From Pristiophorus japonicus (Eukaryota): 64,000 nt of DNA. Below the pieces are notes generated by a model. The model was not told the DNA's origin, searched no databases, and saw only the letters and a list, made by a program, of their open reading frames with translations. Position numbers and translations under genes: made by a program. The stretch's first letter is position 1, and every line of letters begins with the position of its first letter. The stretch covers positions 15,872,001 through 15,936,000 of the forward strand of contig NC_091995.1 of the NCBI RefSeq assembly GCF_044704955.1, given 5' to 3'. This document shows, piece after piece, positions 1-10,659 of this stretch.

Positions 1-244
1 ATACCACGCAAAGTGGAAAGAAAAACACATTTTTTTCTTTATGTGGTCACCACCATCGTGCTGTGCTGTGCTGAGGGTGTTGTCTCTCAACTAAGGTGTC
101 TCAACTGAGAAGGCAGACAAACTCAATTTAACGTCTCATTCGAAATACGGCACCTCCGACAGTGCAAGCATACGGCGAACAATAGCAACCAAAAAAAAAC
201 GCAAAGGAGGGAGGAAAGAAACACTTTTTTTCTCATCTCTGCAG

Positions 245-382
245 GTCACGATGAAGCTGAAGTGACATCGGTTGCGGTTCAAAGAAACATATATGAGCTC
301 CTTTTTTCAGTGCTGGCCGTTGTGCTCTTCGCGTTGACCCTTGTTATAATAATTTCTACCCTGCACTGCTGCGGATCTCCAG
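245..382 (+). CDS. Transmembrane exon of an inhibitory (ITIM-bearing) type I receptor; ectodomain exons lie upstream of the window
   Basis: Acceptor tttttttctcatctctgcag|GT at 244/245 and donor CCAG|gtaatt at 382/383, phase 1-1. Encodes (G)HDEAEVTSVAVQRNIYELLFSVLAVVLFALTLVIIISTLHCCGSP with an uncharged hydrophobic core. Confidence 0.8.
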
Positions 383-434
383 GTAATTATCCTGAATTTA
401 ACTTCATTGATAGGTGGATTGAGTTATCAAAAAA

Positions 435-885
435 TAAAGACTGCATTTATGTAGCGCCATTTCACAACCACCCGACGTCACAAAGCACTTTACAGCCAAT
501 TAAGTACTTTTGGAGTGTAGTCACTGTTGTAATGTGGGGAAGGCTGCAGCGAATTTGCGCACAGCATGCTCCCACAAACAGCAATATGATAATGAGCGGA
601 TTATCTGCTTTGTTTTGTTGATTGAAGGATAAATATTTTCTCGGACGCAGGGGATAACTTTCCAGCTCATCTTCGAAATAGTGCCATGGTATCTTTTACG
701 TCCACCTGAGAAGGCAGACGGGCCGGTTTAACTTCTCAACCGAAATACGGCACCTCCGACAGTGTAGCACTCATTCGGCACTGCACTGGAATGTCAGCCT
801 GCATTTTGTGCTCAAGCCCCTGGGATTTGATCCTATAACCTTCTGACTCAGAGGCGAGTGTGCTGTCCATTGAGCAACAGCTGAT
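435..885 (-). mobile_element. tRNA-derived Deu-domain SINE (SacSINE1/AmnSINE1-like)
   Basis: Reverse complement of the tgagtcagaaggtt...gatcccatggcactatttcgaagaagagc core that recurs about ten times in the window. Confidence 0.7.
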
Positions 886-1544
886 ACACCGATGAGTCTA
901 ATGAGTTAGGACAAGCCCATCTCTTTCCTTCAACGAATGAAGGACTATATCTGTTAAATAATAAACCCCCCTGATGTATAGCTTATATTGCATATCGACA
1001 ACTGCACTACAAGAATCAAAATGTTTGATAATTGGAATAGTGCCGACGTTTACTCTGATCATTTTTGTTCACCAAGAGAAACTATATGAGTTGCTTACAT
1101 TACGTTAGGAAAAAATGGTATAGTTTTGCAAAGTTTAGAGCGTGGTTTGTTGACAAAATATTGAAAGATTCATATTTTAATTAGTGTAGAGGCAATTAAA
1201 GGAAAGACGGAATATGCGTTAAAGGTAATAGCATTACAGTGTGCTCACCACGAGAGACTGCCATCGGTGGCGCCAGGGACGGAATGAGCCCGAGATTTAA
1301 CTCACACCCACACCCTTATTTTCTTATTGGCGGCCCATTCTGTTTAGCATACATTTGCCAGGTCGTCATAGTACAGTCGAAGGGTTGGTGGCATTGGCAC
1401 TAGTGAAACGCATTGGGGAAAGCTAAAGGAGCAGGACGGCCGTCTATCTGCGTTACCTTGCCAAGCAAGAAGCTCGAATAAAAAAAAACAACAGCTTCAA
1501 TTTATAAAGCGTCTTTAACATAGTAAAACGTCCAAATGTGCTTC

Positions 1545-1950
1545 ATTTTTTTAATAGCTCATGGGATGTGGGCGTATCATTTATTGTTCGTCCCTATTTT
1601 GCCCTTGAGAATTGCCCTCTGAAATAGTTTGCTCGGTCATTTAATTGCTAGTTAAGTGTCAACCACATTGCTGTTGGTCTGGAGTCATATTTCGGCCACT
1701 CTGGGTAAGGACAGCAGATTTTCTTCTCTAAAGGACATTTGTGAATCAGATGGGTTTTTATGACAATCCAGTAGTTTCATGTTCACCATTACTGAAACCA
1801 GCATTGTAATCCCGATGTATTTAATTTACATTTACATTGAATTTACATTTCCCAGCTGCTTGTTGTGGTATTTTACCTCATATCTCCGACATCATTAGTC
1901 CAGGTCTCTGGATTACTAGTCCAATAACATAACTACTACGCCACCGTTCC
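1545..1950 (-). mobile_element. Second SINE family sharing its 3' tail with the LINE at 57455-59690
   Basis: caaccacattgctg...ggtctggagtca...gggtaaggacagcagattt core; related copies near 22030-22285 (+), 38085-38390 and 45985-47710. Confidence 0.55.
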
Positions 1951-2567
1951 CACTCATGGACGCGTTATCAGACACAATTTGATTCCGAGCCACTTAAGGA
2001 GGTATTAGGGCTTCTGGCCAAAAGCTTGGTCCATGAGGTAGATGATAAGTAGCGTCTTAAAGAAGGAAAGAGAGGTAGGGAGGTTTAGGGAGGGAATTCC
2101 AGAACTTCAAGCCTTGGCAGAGAGGGAGGAGGGTTGGGGAGACCGGAAGAAACAGGAGTGAGAAATTACGCTGTAACAAACCGCGTATTAGAACAAGAAT
2201 AAAAATCATTAAAGCATCATTCAATTAGATGTAACGTTTTAATAGATAAAATGACAGGGTCATCCAAATTCTAGAAAATGTAATAACTATCTAAATGTTA
2301 AATTGAACGCTCAGGATGTCCATAATTTCAGAGTAGTTTAAAATATTTTATGGATGCTGTGTTATAATGCCTTTGTCACGTTGTAACATATTAAACAATG
2401 GCAAAGCAAGGAGAATATAGTCTTGGAAAATAAAGGCTTGTGTTAATGAAGAAATATATCTCCTTCTTAAAGTTTTCACATTGTAGTGTCTGTGATAACA
2501 TACTATTTTTGGACTGTTATTTTTGTTCCTGTTTGAAAATATATAATCGATTTTAAACTTTTTATAG

Positions 2568-2599
2568 ATAAAAGAACTGGGAGCCAAGTTGTAAACAAG
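2568..2599 (+). CDS. Cytoplasmic exon 1 of the ITIM receptor
   Basis: Acceptor aaactttttatag|AT, donor AAG|gtaggt. Phase 1 to 0 bridges the TM exon and the 3071 exon exactly; encodes (D)KRTGSQVVNK. Confidence 0.6.
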
Positions 2600-3070
2600 G
2601 TAGGTAGCATATTTTAAAGAAGGCACATTTAATTCGATTTGCTCAATGATTAATTGTCATAGTTGGTGGCTATTTTTGAGGAAGTTGGGTGAAAGACTAA
2701 GATCCACGTTGGATATTACGGTAATTACGCGATATGTGGACAGTGCAGGAAAGTGGAGTTGAGGTCGAAGATCACCCATGACCTTATTGAATGGTGAAGT
2801 AGGTTCAAGGGACCTAATGGCCTGGAATCGTCGAATCATCGAATGGTTACATCACGGATGAAGGCCATTCGGCCCGTCGAGCCCGTGCCGACTCTCAGCT
2901 CTTCCCACTTTCCCGCCCTTTCCCCGTAGCCCTGCAAATTTACTATTAGCAGTATGCCAGTAAACTTGCATATAAATTGAACTACTGTAGCTTTTTGAAT
3001 GCTTGTGCACCTAGAAGTATCCCCTATCGTGTAAATTCAACTCTTGTACAAATGATCTGATTAATTTAAG

Positions 3071-3155
3071 GAAGGAGACGCGCCGGAAAATATTATCTAT
3101 GCCAACCTGAATATCGCGGGAACAAACAGCAATCAGCCTCCGTATCCGATTGCGT
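3071..3155 (+). CDS. Cytoplasmic exon 2 of the ITIM receptor (ITIM IIYANL)
   Basis: ttaatttaag|GAA acceptor, T|gtgagt donor, phase 0 to 1; encodes EGDAPENIIYANLNIAGTNSNQPPYPIA. Confidence 0.72.
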
Positions 3156-3221
3156 GTGAGTCAGCGAGGTTGCGCCTGCACAACAAAAACCCAATCGTGT
3201 GTGGGTTGGTGTCGCTTCCAG

Positions 3222-3355
3222 ACAGTAGAGAAGAACCGGTCGTATACTCGGCATTGCGGTGTCCGGATTATAATGAGGAATCTGTTCCGCTCGAACCTGT
3301 GCAGACTCCCAGAAGGATCGCAGAGCAGGTTGTGTATGCGGCTGTGAGGTTGTAG
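3222..3355 (+). CDS. Terminal exon of the ITIM receptor (ITIMs VVYSAL and VVYAAV)
   Basis: gtcgcttccag|AC acceptor, phase 1; encodes (Y)SREEPVVYSALRCPDYNEESVPLEPVQTPRRIAEQVVYAAVRL*; AATAAA follows at 3482. Confidence 0.8.
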
Positions 3356-3481
3356 CGTTTGCCTTATTGTGGCCTTTGCATATTCTCAATGAGAGACATC
3401 TTGTAAATACAACCGGCCTTGGTGGCGGAGATTGGAGGCTTACAGAAGTGTCCTTGATGCTTACCATCCATTTTTATGCGA

Positions 3482-3487
3482 AATAAA
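3482..3487 (+). terminator. Candidate polyadenylation signal of the ITIM receptor
   Basis: AATAAA about 130 bp after the stop codon; another at 3573. Confidence 0.5.
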
Positions 3488-3659
3488 TATCAACTTGGCT
3501 TCATTGTTCTGATATTCCCATTATAATTAAGCTTAAACCTTGATGATTTTAAATTTCCGCATAGTCGAACATAATAAATATTATTAATAAATCCATGTTA
3601 TTTCAACGAATGTGCGCGTAAAAGGTGATTTTCTAACAGCAATTTGATGGCTTCAGTAC

Positions 3660-4085
3660 CACCCAGGACAAAGCAGCCCGGCACCCCATCTACCACCTTA
3701 AACATTCACTCCCTCCAGCATCGCCGCACCGTGGCTGCAGTGTGTACCAATTACAAGATGCACTGCAGCAACTCGCCAAAGCTTCTTCGGCAACACCCCC
3801 CAAACGCCCGACATCGAACACATAGAAGGACAAGGGGAGCAGGCACATGGGCGCAATTTCCCCTCTAAGTCACGCACCATGCTGACTTGGAAATATATCA
3901 CCGTTTCTTCATACTCACTGGGTCACAATCCTGGTACTCCCTCCCTAACAACACTGTGTAAGCACCTTCCCTTCACAGACTGCAGCGGTTCAAGAAGGCG
4001 GCTCACCACCACTTTCTCAAGGGCAATTAGAGATGGGCAATAAATGCCGGCCTTGCCAGCGACGCCCAATTCCCAAGAAGAAATT
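3660..4085 (+). mobile_element. 3' fragment of the CR1/L2-clade LINE family seen at 57455-59690
   Basis: Collinear with about 59240-59690 (cactccctcca...ggttcaagaaggcggctcaccacc...gggcaataaatgc). Confidence 0.65.
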
Positions 4086-5469
4086 TTTAATAACTCCTGG
4101 TCGCTGCCATGAATTCTTCTGTGGGGTTGTCGTCATTTTCTTCTCCCTTATTCCCTGAATGAAATTTGTTCTGTTCTGTTCCATTTGTGATTCTCTGTTA
4201 TCAGTCCGCAAATCGCATGTAATCTTTCGAAGAGCAATATGTTAACTGAGGGTTGAAACGTAGTCTGAAACCTATAATTTCTTATGCGTCCACCGGACAG
4301 ATCTAAAGTTGGAGGCAAGATGGACCTGAAATTGTTGTCAGATATAACCGTGCCACTTTGGTATGTCATTCTTCTGTGCAGTATTTTAACAGGACGGGTT
4401 TCCATTAAAAATAAAGTCCCTGGAATTAGTTTCCCATGTCGGAGGAGCCAGTTGTAATCTATCCCGTCTGCAGTGAAACTGACCAGATCGGCAGCAATGC
4501 TGTGTTTATAGCACGCCCGATTTTACTCTACTGAAGACAATCGCGAGTAATATTGGGCAGGGGCTAAAACCAGCGCTCAACCCGGTCCTGTGGGTTTGCC
4601 CCCAGGCGAGATGCCCCCAAAGATGTGTTGAAATATGTCGTAGTTAAATCCACACTTCACAACATATATCCACAACCTAGCCTAGTGTAGTACTGAGGGA
4701 GTGCTGTGTGTGTGGAGGTGCTGTCCTTCAAATATAATAGTACGCCATAGTTCATCTGGCTGCTCAGTTTCCTCCATGCCGATGTTCGACCAGCTGATTA
4801 ATTCCTGCACTCTCTGTCTTTGCTCCAAAAGTAGCTTAATTTGTCATTCACCTTATTTCTGCATGTGGAATCGTGCCGTGGAACAAGTGTTTGTTGTCTT
4901 TGTGTAGCAACGGTCACCACGATGTATTTCACTCAACGTGAGATTGTTTCAGATACTTCTGAAACAAGTGATAAAGTGCTCGAGGTATAAATGCAAATTA
5001 TTTCATTTTTTGATGTTATTACCGTTCATTTTTGAAATGTCGACACCTCTTTTGCATTTCTGTGTTTTAAATTTCTCATTCCTGCTCAAAATTCACCGCT
5101 ACTTCTTGATATCACTTACCAAATGACGATTGCTGGGATTGGCTGCTCCATCAACAGAAAATTAGCAGTGATTGATTGTACTTCTCTGCACTTGGAGAGA
5201 AACTTGCAGGCAATCGGAATTATTGGGAACTATTTTTATTTTAGTTTTATTTAACTGTTCATGTGCATACTCATCAACGTGAGGATCGTAATGTCGCTAA
5301 ATGGAACTCTTTAAATTTCTAGCAACTACTGTCGATGTGAAGCCCTCCTACATTAGTAAACTCATCTGCTGTGTGCAGTAGAATGATAACGTAACGCTCC
5401 CCAACAAAATGCCTCGTCCCTAACATCAGAAGCGGATATTTGTCTTAATTCCTAATTGGCCCTAAGTTT

Positions 5470-5910
5470 TGTGTTAGTGGGGAGCACACTCGCCGCTGAG
5501 TCAGAAGGGCGTGGGTTCAAGTCCCCACTCCAGCGAATGAGCACATAATCTCGGCTGACACTCCTATTGCAGTACCGAGGGAATGCTGCACTTTTGGAGG
5601 TGCTGTCTTTGGGATGACACGTTAAAACCCCATCTGCCCTCTCAGGTGGATGTAAAACATTCCCTCTATTTCGAAATCGAGCTGGGAAGTTCTCCCCAGT
5701 GTCCTGGCCAATATTTATCCCTTAATCAACATAACAAAAACAGATGATTTGATCATTATCACGTTGCAGTTTGTGAGATCTCGCGGTGCGCAAATTGATT
5801 GCCACCTTTATTACATGACAGCAGTGACTGCACTTCAATAAAGCACTTCATTGTCTGTAAAGCGCTTTGTGACGCACTGAGGTCGTGAAAAGCGCTATGG
5901 AAACTACATG
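5470..5910 (+). mobile_element. Deu-domain SINE
   Basis: tRNA-like head with B-box ggttcaagtcc, followed by the shared core. Confidence 0.7.
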
Positions 5911-6749
5911 TTTTTTTATTTTAACCCGTTCCATCATTGTGATATCAGTAATCCCTTCCGTTTGTGAGCGAGATTGACAGGTCGCTGTCAATCAGCGCTT
6001 AACCACCGGCTCATGGGAACTAAACTTCTACTGCTTAAACTAATTGCCCGTTAATATTTGTAAGTGATCATACTGTGCAAATATTGGTCTCATCTTTATG
6101 CAGGGGCTGTCCTGTTTACTTCCAAGTTTAGGAGACACTGCTTTGTTGAAGTAATAATACCTACTTTTCAAATCAACCACATGACATTAACCACATTTAG
6201 ATAGTTACTTGCTCATTTATTTATGGCCGCATTTGCCCTTTTCATAGAGAATGGCCAGGCAAAATTCACCGTAATGATTTACCAGCCGAGTTCATTCTCA
6301 CGTTGGTTGATCGGAGGGCGCAGATCCACATTTACTAATACATTAGTCATTTCCAACCGACCCCACGTCCAATCCCCGCCACACGCACACACGCAGAGCT
6401 CGTTGGAACGAGCAAGCGCTTTTGGATGGCTATTTCCCTGTCGGACTGCCGCATCCGCTTTCTGAAACTTTCGATTTGAGCTGGTGGAAAATAATTGGTT
6501 CATAACTTAGCTGGCGGTCAACAACATCCTTCAATGTGAGTAAACTTAAGGGGCGATGTGGACGTAATATAGAACGTCCTGGTCATAAGGTGAGTGACAG
6601 ATTATTATCACCTTTTTACCTCGTTGTTGAACGTAACATTTTAATCATTCTGTTAATGTATGTTTTAGTATTAATGCGCCTATATACTCGATTGATATGA
6701 TTGGTATAAGTGAACCAAATCAAGACAAAAGTTACATATGTCACTTTGG

Positions 6750-7025
6750 GCAATCTGGAATGGGAGACTTGACTTCTGTCCCATTTATGACAGAGATGAG
6801 GAGGCATTTTTTCACTCAAAGAGTTGTGAACCTTTGAAATTCTCTACCCCAGAGGGCTGTGGATGCTCAGTCATTGAACATAAAGAATGTTGAGATCGAA
6901 AGATTGTTGGACTCTATGGGAATCAAGGGATATGGGGATAGGGGAGAAAAGTGGAGTTGAGGTAGAAGATCAGCCATGGTCTTATTGAGTGGCCGAATGG
7001 CCGATTCCTGCTCTAATTCTTATGT
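6750..7025 (+). mobile_element. CR1 LINE 3' fragment
   Basis: gagatgaggagg...ttttcactcaaagagttgtgaacc ORF2 C-terminus plus 3' UTR ending ttcttatgtt. Confidence 0.65.
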
Positions 7026-8109
7026 TCACCTGTAACGTCTGTACCACACGCGTTTGGTCGTAAGACTTTTGTTTGCTAAACGTATTCCTGACCTAAAATT
7101 AATATTATCAGTTGCAGTTATATTTTATCTAACGTAATGCTCCAGAATTTATATAAAGCAAGACTTGCATTTTTATAGCGCCTTTCATGACCACCAGACG
7201 TCTCAAAGCGTTTTGCAGCCAATAAAGTACTTTTGGAGTGTATCATAGATTCATAGAATGGTTACTGCACAGAAGGAGGCCATTAGTCCCATCGAATCCG
7301 TGCCGGCTCTCTGCAAGAGCACTTCAGCTCGTCCCATTCTCCTGCTCTTTCCCCGTAGCCCTGCAGATACTTATCCAATTCCATTCTGAAAGCCATGATT
7401 GAGTTTGCCTCCACATGTAGTCACTGTTGTAACGTAGGATATATGATATGAGGGGTGCATATTTGGCTATAATTCTTATTGCTGTGTTGTATCCCACAGC
7501 AGCCTAGCAATCAGTGGACAAATATTGCAAGCATTACTATGAATTCCCCAAGTTTTATTTTAATGTACTTTCATTTACCTCATGGGTAACAAGCTCTCTC
7601 CAGGCAGAGATATCTGAAGAAATATCCACATATAAATTAAATAAAAGTCCTAGTCGGGCTAAATAGACTCAAAACAAGTAAATTCGCAAGCAGGAGATCT
7701 GTAAGGAACTGACAATCGTTATGTGGAAGTCAGTGGACGCAAGGGAGGAACCATTACATTGAAAACAAGCCAATATTGTGTCAATATTCAAAATGGATGA
7801 AAAGCAGACCCTGATACCGAGAGATCCATTAATCTTTCTCCCATTTAATTTAAAATAATGGCATCGATTATCAGAAGTAAACGCGAGGAAAATTTGTACA
7901 ATAACCATATAGTAAACAGCGGTCAACATGGATCCGGAAGGGAAGATCATCGCTGTCCAACCTCTTTGAAACATTATGAGGCAATGACAGCCCAACAGGG
8001 CTATGGTAATCTCCATTATGCCTTTATCTAGACCTCCAAGCAACGTTTAATAAAATTCAACAGCAAAAGATATTAAATAAAATCAATGTTGTGGAGATTC
8101 AGGGTAAAT

Positions 8110-8935
8110 GCAACAAAAACGTCTATTTGCATAGCCTTTAACATAGTGAAACGTCGCAAGGCGCTTCACAGGAGTACTATGTGAGTTAAAAAAATTGACA
8201 CCGAGCTGCATAAGTATAAATTAGCGCAGGTGTCCAAAAGCTTGGTCAAAGAGGTATGTTTTAAGGAGCGTTTTGAAAGAGGAAAGAGAGATAGAGAGGT
8301 AGATAGGTTTAGGCAGGTAGCTTGGTGCCGAGGCAAAAGAAGGCACGACTACCAATGGTTGGATGATTATATTCAGGAATGCTCAAGAAAGCACAATTAG
8401 AGGAGTTCAGATGGGAGGGGGGGAGGGGGTTGTGGGGCTGGAGGAGATTTCAGACTTAGGGAGCAGCGATGCCTTGAAGAGATTTGAAAGTAAGGATGAG
8501 AATTTTGAAATCGAGGCTTTGCTTAACCGGAAGCCAATGTAGGTCAGTGAGCACATTATGATGGTGAATGGGACTTGGTGAGAGTTAAGACACGGGCAGC
8601 CGAGTTTTGGATGTCGTCAAGCTTACCTAGGGAAGAATGTGGGAGGCCAGCCAGCAGTTCATTGGAATAGTCAAGCCTAGAGGTAACAAAGTCATGAATG
8701 TGGGCTTCATCAGCCGATGAACTGAGGCAAGGGAGGAGGTGGGCGATGTTATGGAGGTGGAAATAGGCTGTCTTAGTAATGCTGCTGCTGTGTGGTCGAA
8801 AGCTCCTTTCAGGGTCAAATGTGACACCATGGTGGCGAAAAGTCTGGTTCAGCCTCAGACGGAAGCTAGGGAGAGGGATGGAGTCAGTGGCTAGGGAACG
8901 GAGTTAGTAGCAGAAACCGAAAGCAATGTTTTCTT
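8110..8935 (-). mobile_element. L2-like LINE 3' fragment, degraded
   Basis: Minus strand reads as a frameshifted L2-type RT C-terminus (GVTFDP..., FVTSRLDYSN..LAG-like) followed by the 3' UTR. Confidence 0.65.
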
Positions 8936-9109
8936 GCGAATGGCTAGGGAAAAATGCAGTAGAGGTTCAACTTGCAGTTCGGGGGGTGGGGGGGGGGGCG
9001 GGTGGGGGGTAAAGCTGCCCTTGTGGATTGGCCGTCCATGATGTGAATGAATAGAAATGACCGACAATGAAAGCTCCCACAGGAACTGTTATTTATGTTT
9101 GCCACCTCA

Positions 9110-9207
9110 TGAGCAGTGAATACATTTTACTAAATGAAAAGAATTACAAGTAAATCTCTGTTTTACCTGGAAGAAGTGTTTGAGGCCATGGACGGTGAGA
9201 AGGGATG
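9110..9207 (-). mobile_element. Inverted fragment of the Penelope-like GIY-YIG region
   Basis: Reverse complement aligns by eye with about 18512-18608 (caccgtcca.ggcc.caaacact.cttccaggt...tgtattcactgctca). Confidence 0.65.
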
Positions 9208-9282
9208 AAGAAGACAGAATGGATTTTTTTTCTATCTCGACTCTATTTTTCTCCCCTTGTCCAGTCTCTTCCCACCTACATC

Positions 9283-9839
9283 TGTTGATTTCTGGATTCT
9301 TTTACCTCAATCTGGTTCAGCAAAATTACTGAAACGAATACCGTTTGTGCTTTAAACAAAGCAAGCTTTTATTTAAAAAGCAAATCCCGATCGGGGACTT
9401 TATCAGACAGAAGGAATGCAAGTCTGTTCGAACGCACCCACTTCCTACGGACAAAGCGACGTTACATTGTAAAGGGACGATGGTTATACATTTTCGGCAA
9501 AAGATAACAAGATAGGGCTAGAGTGACATTCTAGTTCAACCTATCTCTTTTGATCCCTCTTTCCCTTTGTCCACTCATAAGCCGAACTAAGTATGGTCTG
9601 ATTTTAAACAAAGACCTTCTGTTAATGTTTCAGGTTAATAACATGATTTAATAAGACCTTGAGGTTTTTCTGCAAGATGTGGGTTTTGTTTCAATATGTG
9701 TTAGTGTTGTAACATTTCGCAGTCTCGAGTCTGAGATGTCATGGCTATTCCTCCATGAATTCTTTGTTAGCTTATACTGTCCCTATACAATTCCCACATT
9801 CTCAACTTCAATGTCTCTATACATTTTTAAACATTCACA
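9283..9839 (-). repeat. ERV 3' LTR
   Basis: Direct repeat of 16908-17464; I count 4 substitutions; AATAAA on the - strand at 9368-9373. Confidence 0.95.
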
Positions 9840-9851
9840 TTCCTCCCTTTT
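9840..9851 (-). other. ERV polypurine tract
   Basis: AAAAGGGAGGAA on the - strand directly abutting the 3' LTR. Confidence 0.9.
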
Positions 9852-9852
9852 A

Positions 9853-10428
9853 TCATTCCATGATAACACTTAGGATCATTCTAGGAGTATCGCATTCATC
9901 CGTTCACATTCTATTTCCTGAATCATATTGTTGTTAGTGTCGAGTAGTTCTTTAGTTATCAGCGAGATTGGTTATGTTTTCTGAACTATCAGGAATGTAA
10001 GTGCAACATTCAGATCCTATCAGGGCACACGTTCCCCCTTTCTCAGCTAACAGGTAATTGAGAGCCATTCGGTTTTGTAATGCGACGGTCCTTATTTCTA
10101 CCATTTCAGCTGTGATGCCCTCCAGAGCTTCAGCAGTATTGTATTGGCCCCCCTCCTCTCGTGATAGTTTGGCTCTGAATCCATCTGACAGTCTCAGTTA
10201 GAGTTAGTGGAACGGGGCGCAAAGGAATTCCCCCTTTGGAATGTATAGGGAATGTATAGGGAATGTGAACACACCCAACATCTAGAAAAGTTCCCATTTT
10301 GCGCATAAACATAAGACATGTACAAAAAGGTGTTTACATGGAGCTCTCATCTCTGTCTCCCCTCCCATGCGCTGAAACTGTCATATATCAACACTATTAT
10401 ACAGACTGTGGCATACAGACAGTTTCAT
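9853..10428 (-). pseudogene. env: Gamma-type env remnant, about 575 bp
   Basis: ATG at 10428; CWVC motif at 10269-10280; [21 protein letters not shown] and CX6CC (CALIGSECC). Most of SU, the fusion peptide and the membrane anchor are missing. Splice acceptor ttctaattcctgtttctgttccag near 10616. Confidence 0.85.
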
Positions 10429-10659
10429 CTTATGGCTCAGGATTCAGATAAATAGTCCAATTATTTTGCTGATTAAAAGAGTTCGGTTCTCCCGTCTCTC
10501 TTCTTAGGTCACCGTCGGTGTAGCTGGCTGTCTATCACTACGGGTAAAAGTTCAAACTGGTACATGTTCCAATTAGGATGCCAACGGCCTTGTTCAGCTA
10601 TGGAGAAGAGGAAGTCTGGAACAGAAACAGGAATTAGAATAACCAGTAAAATAGGTTTG

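Noticed and set aside
1078-1224. Additional small cytoplasmic exons of the ITIM receptor (about 1078-1106 and 1190-1224)
   Set aside because: Weak splice signals; 2568-2599 already supplies the required phase 1 to 0 link. Alternative use cannot be excluded without RNA data.
7580-8043. 124-aa minus-strand ORF at 7669-8043
   Set aside because: The opposite strand is a heavily degraded CR1 ORF2 fragment; the ORF has no recognisable features.
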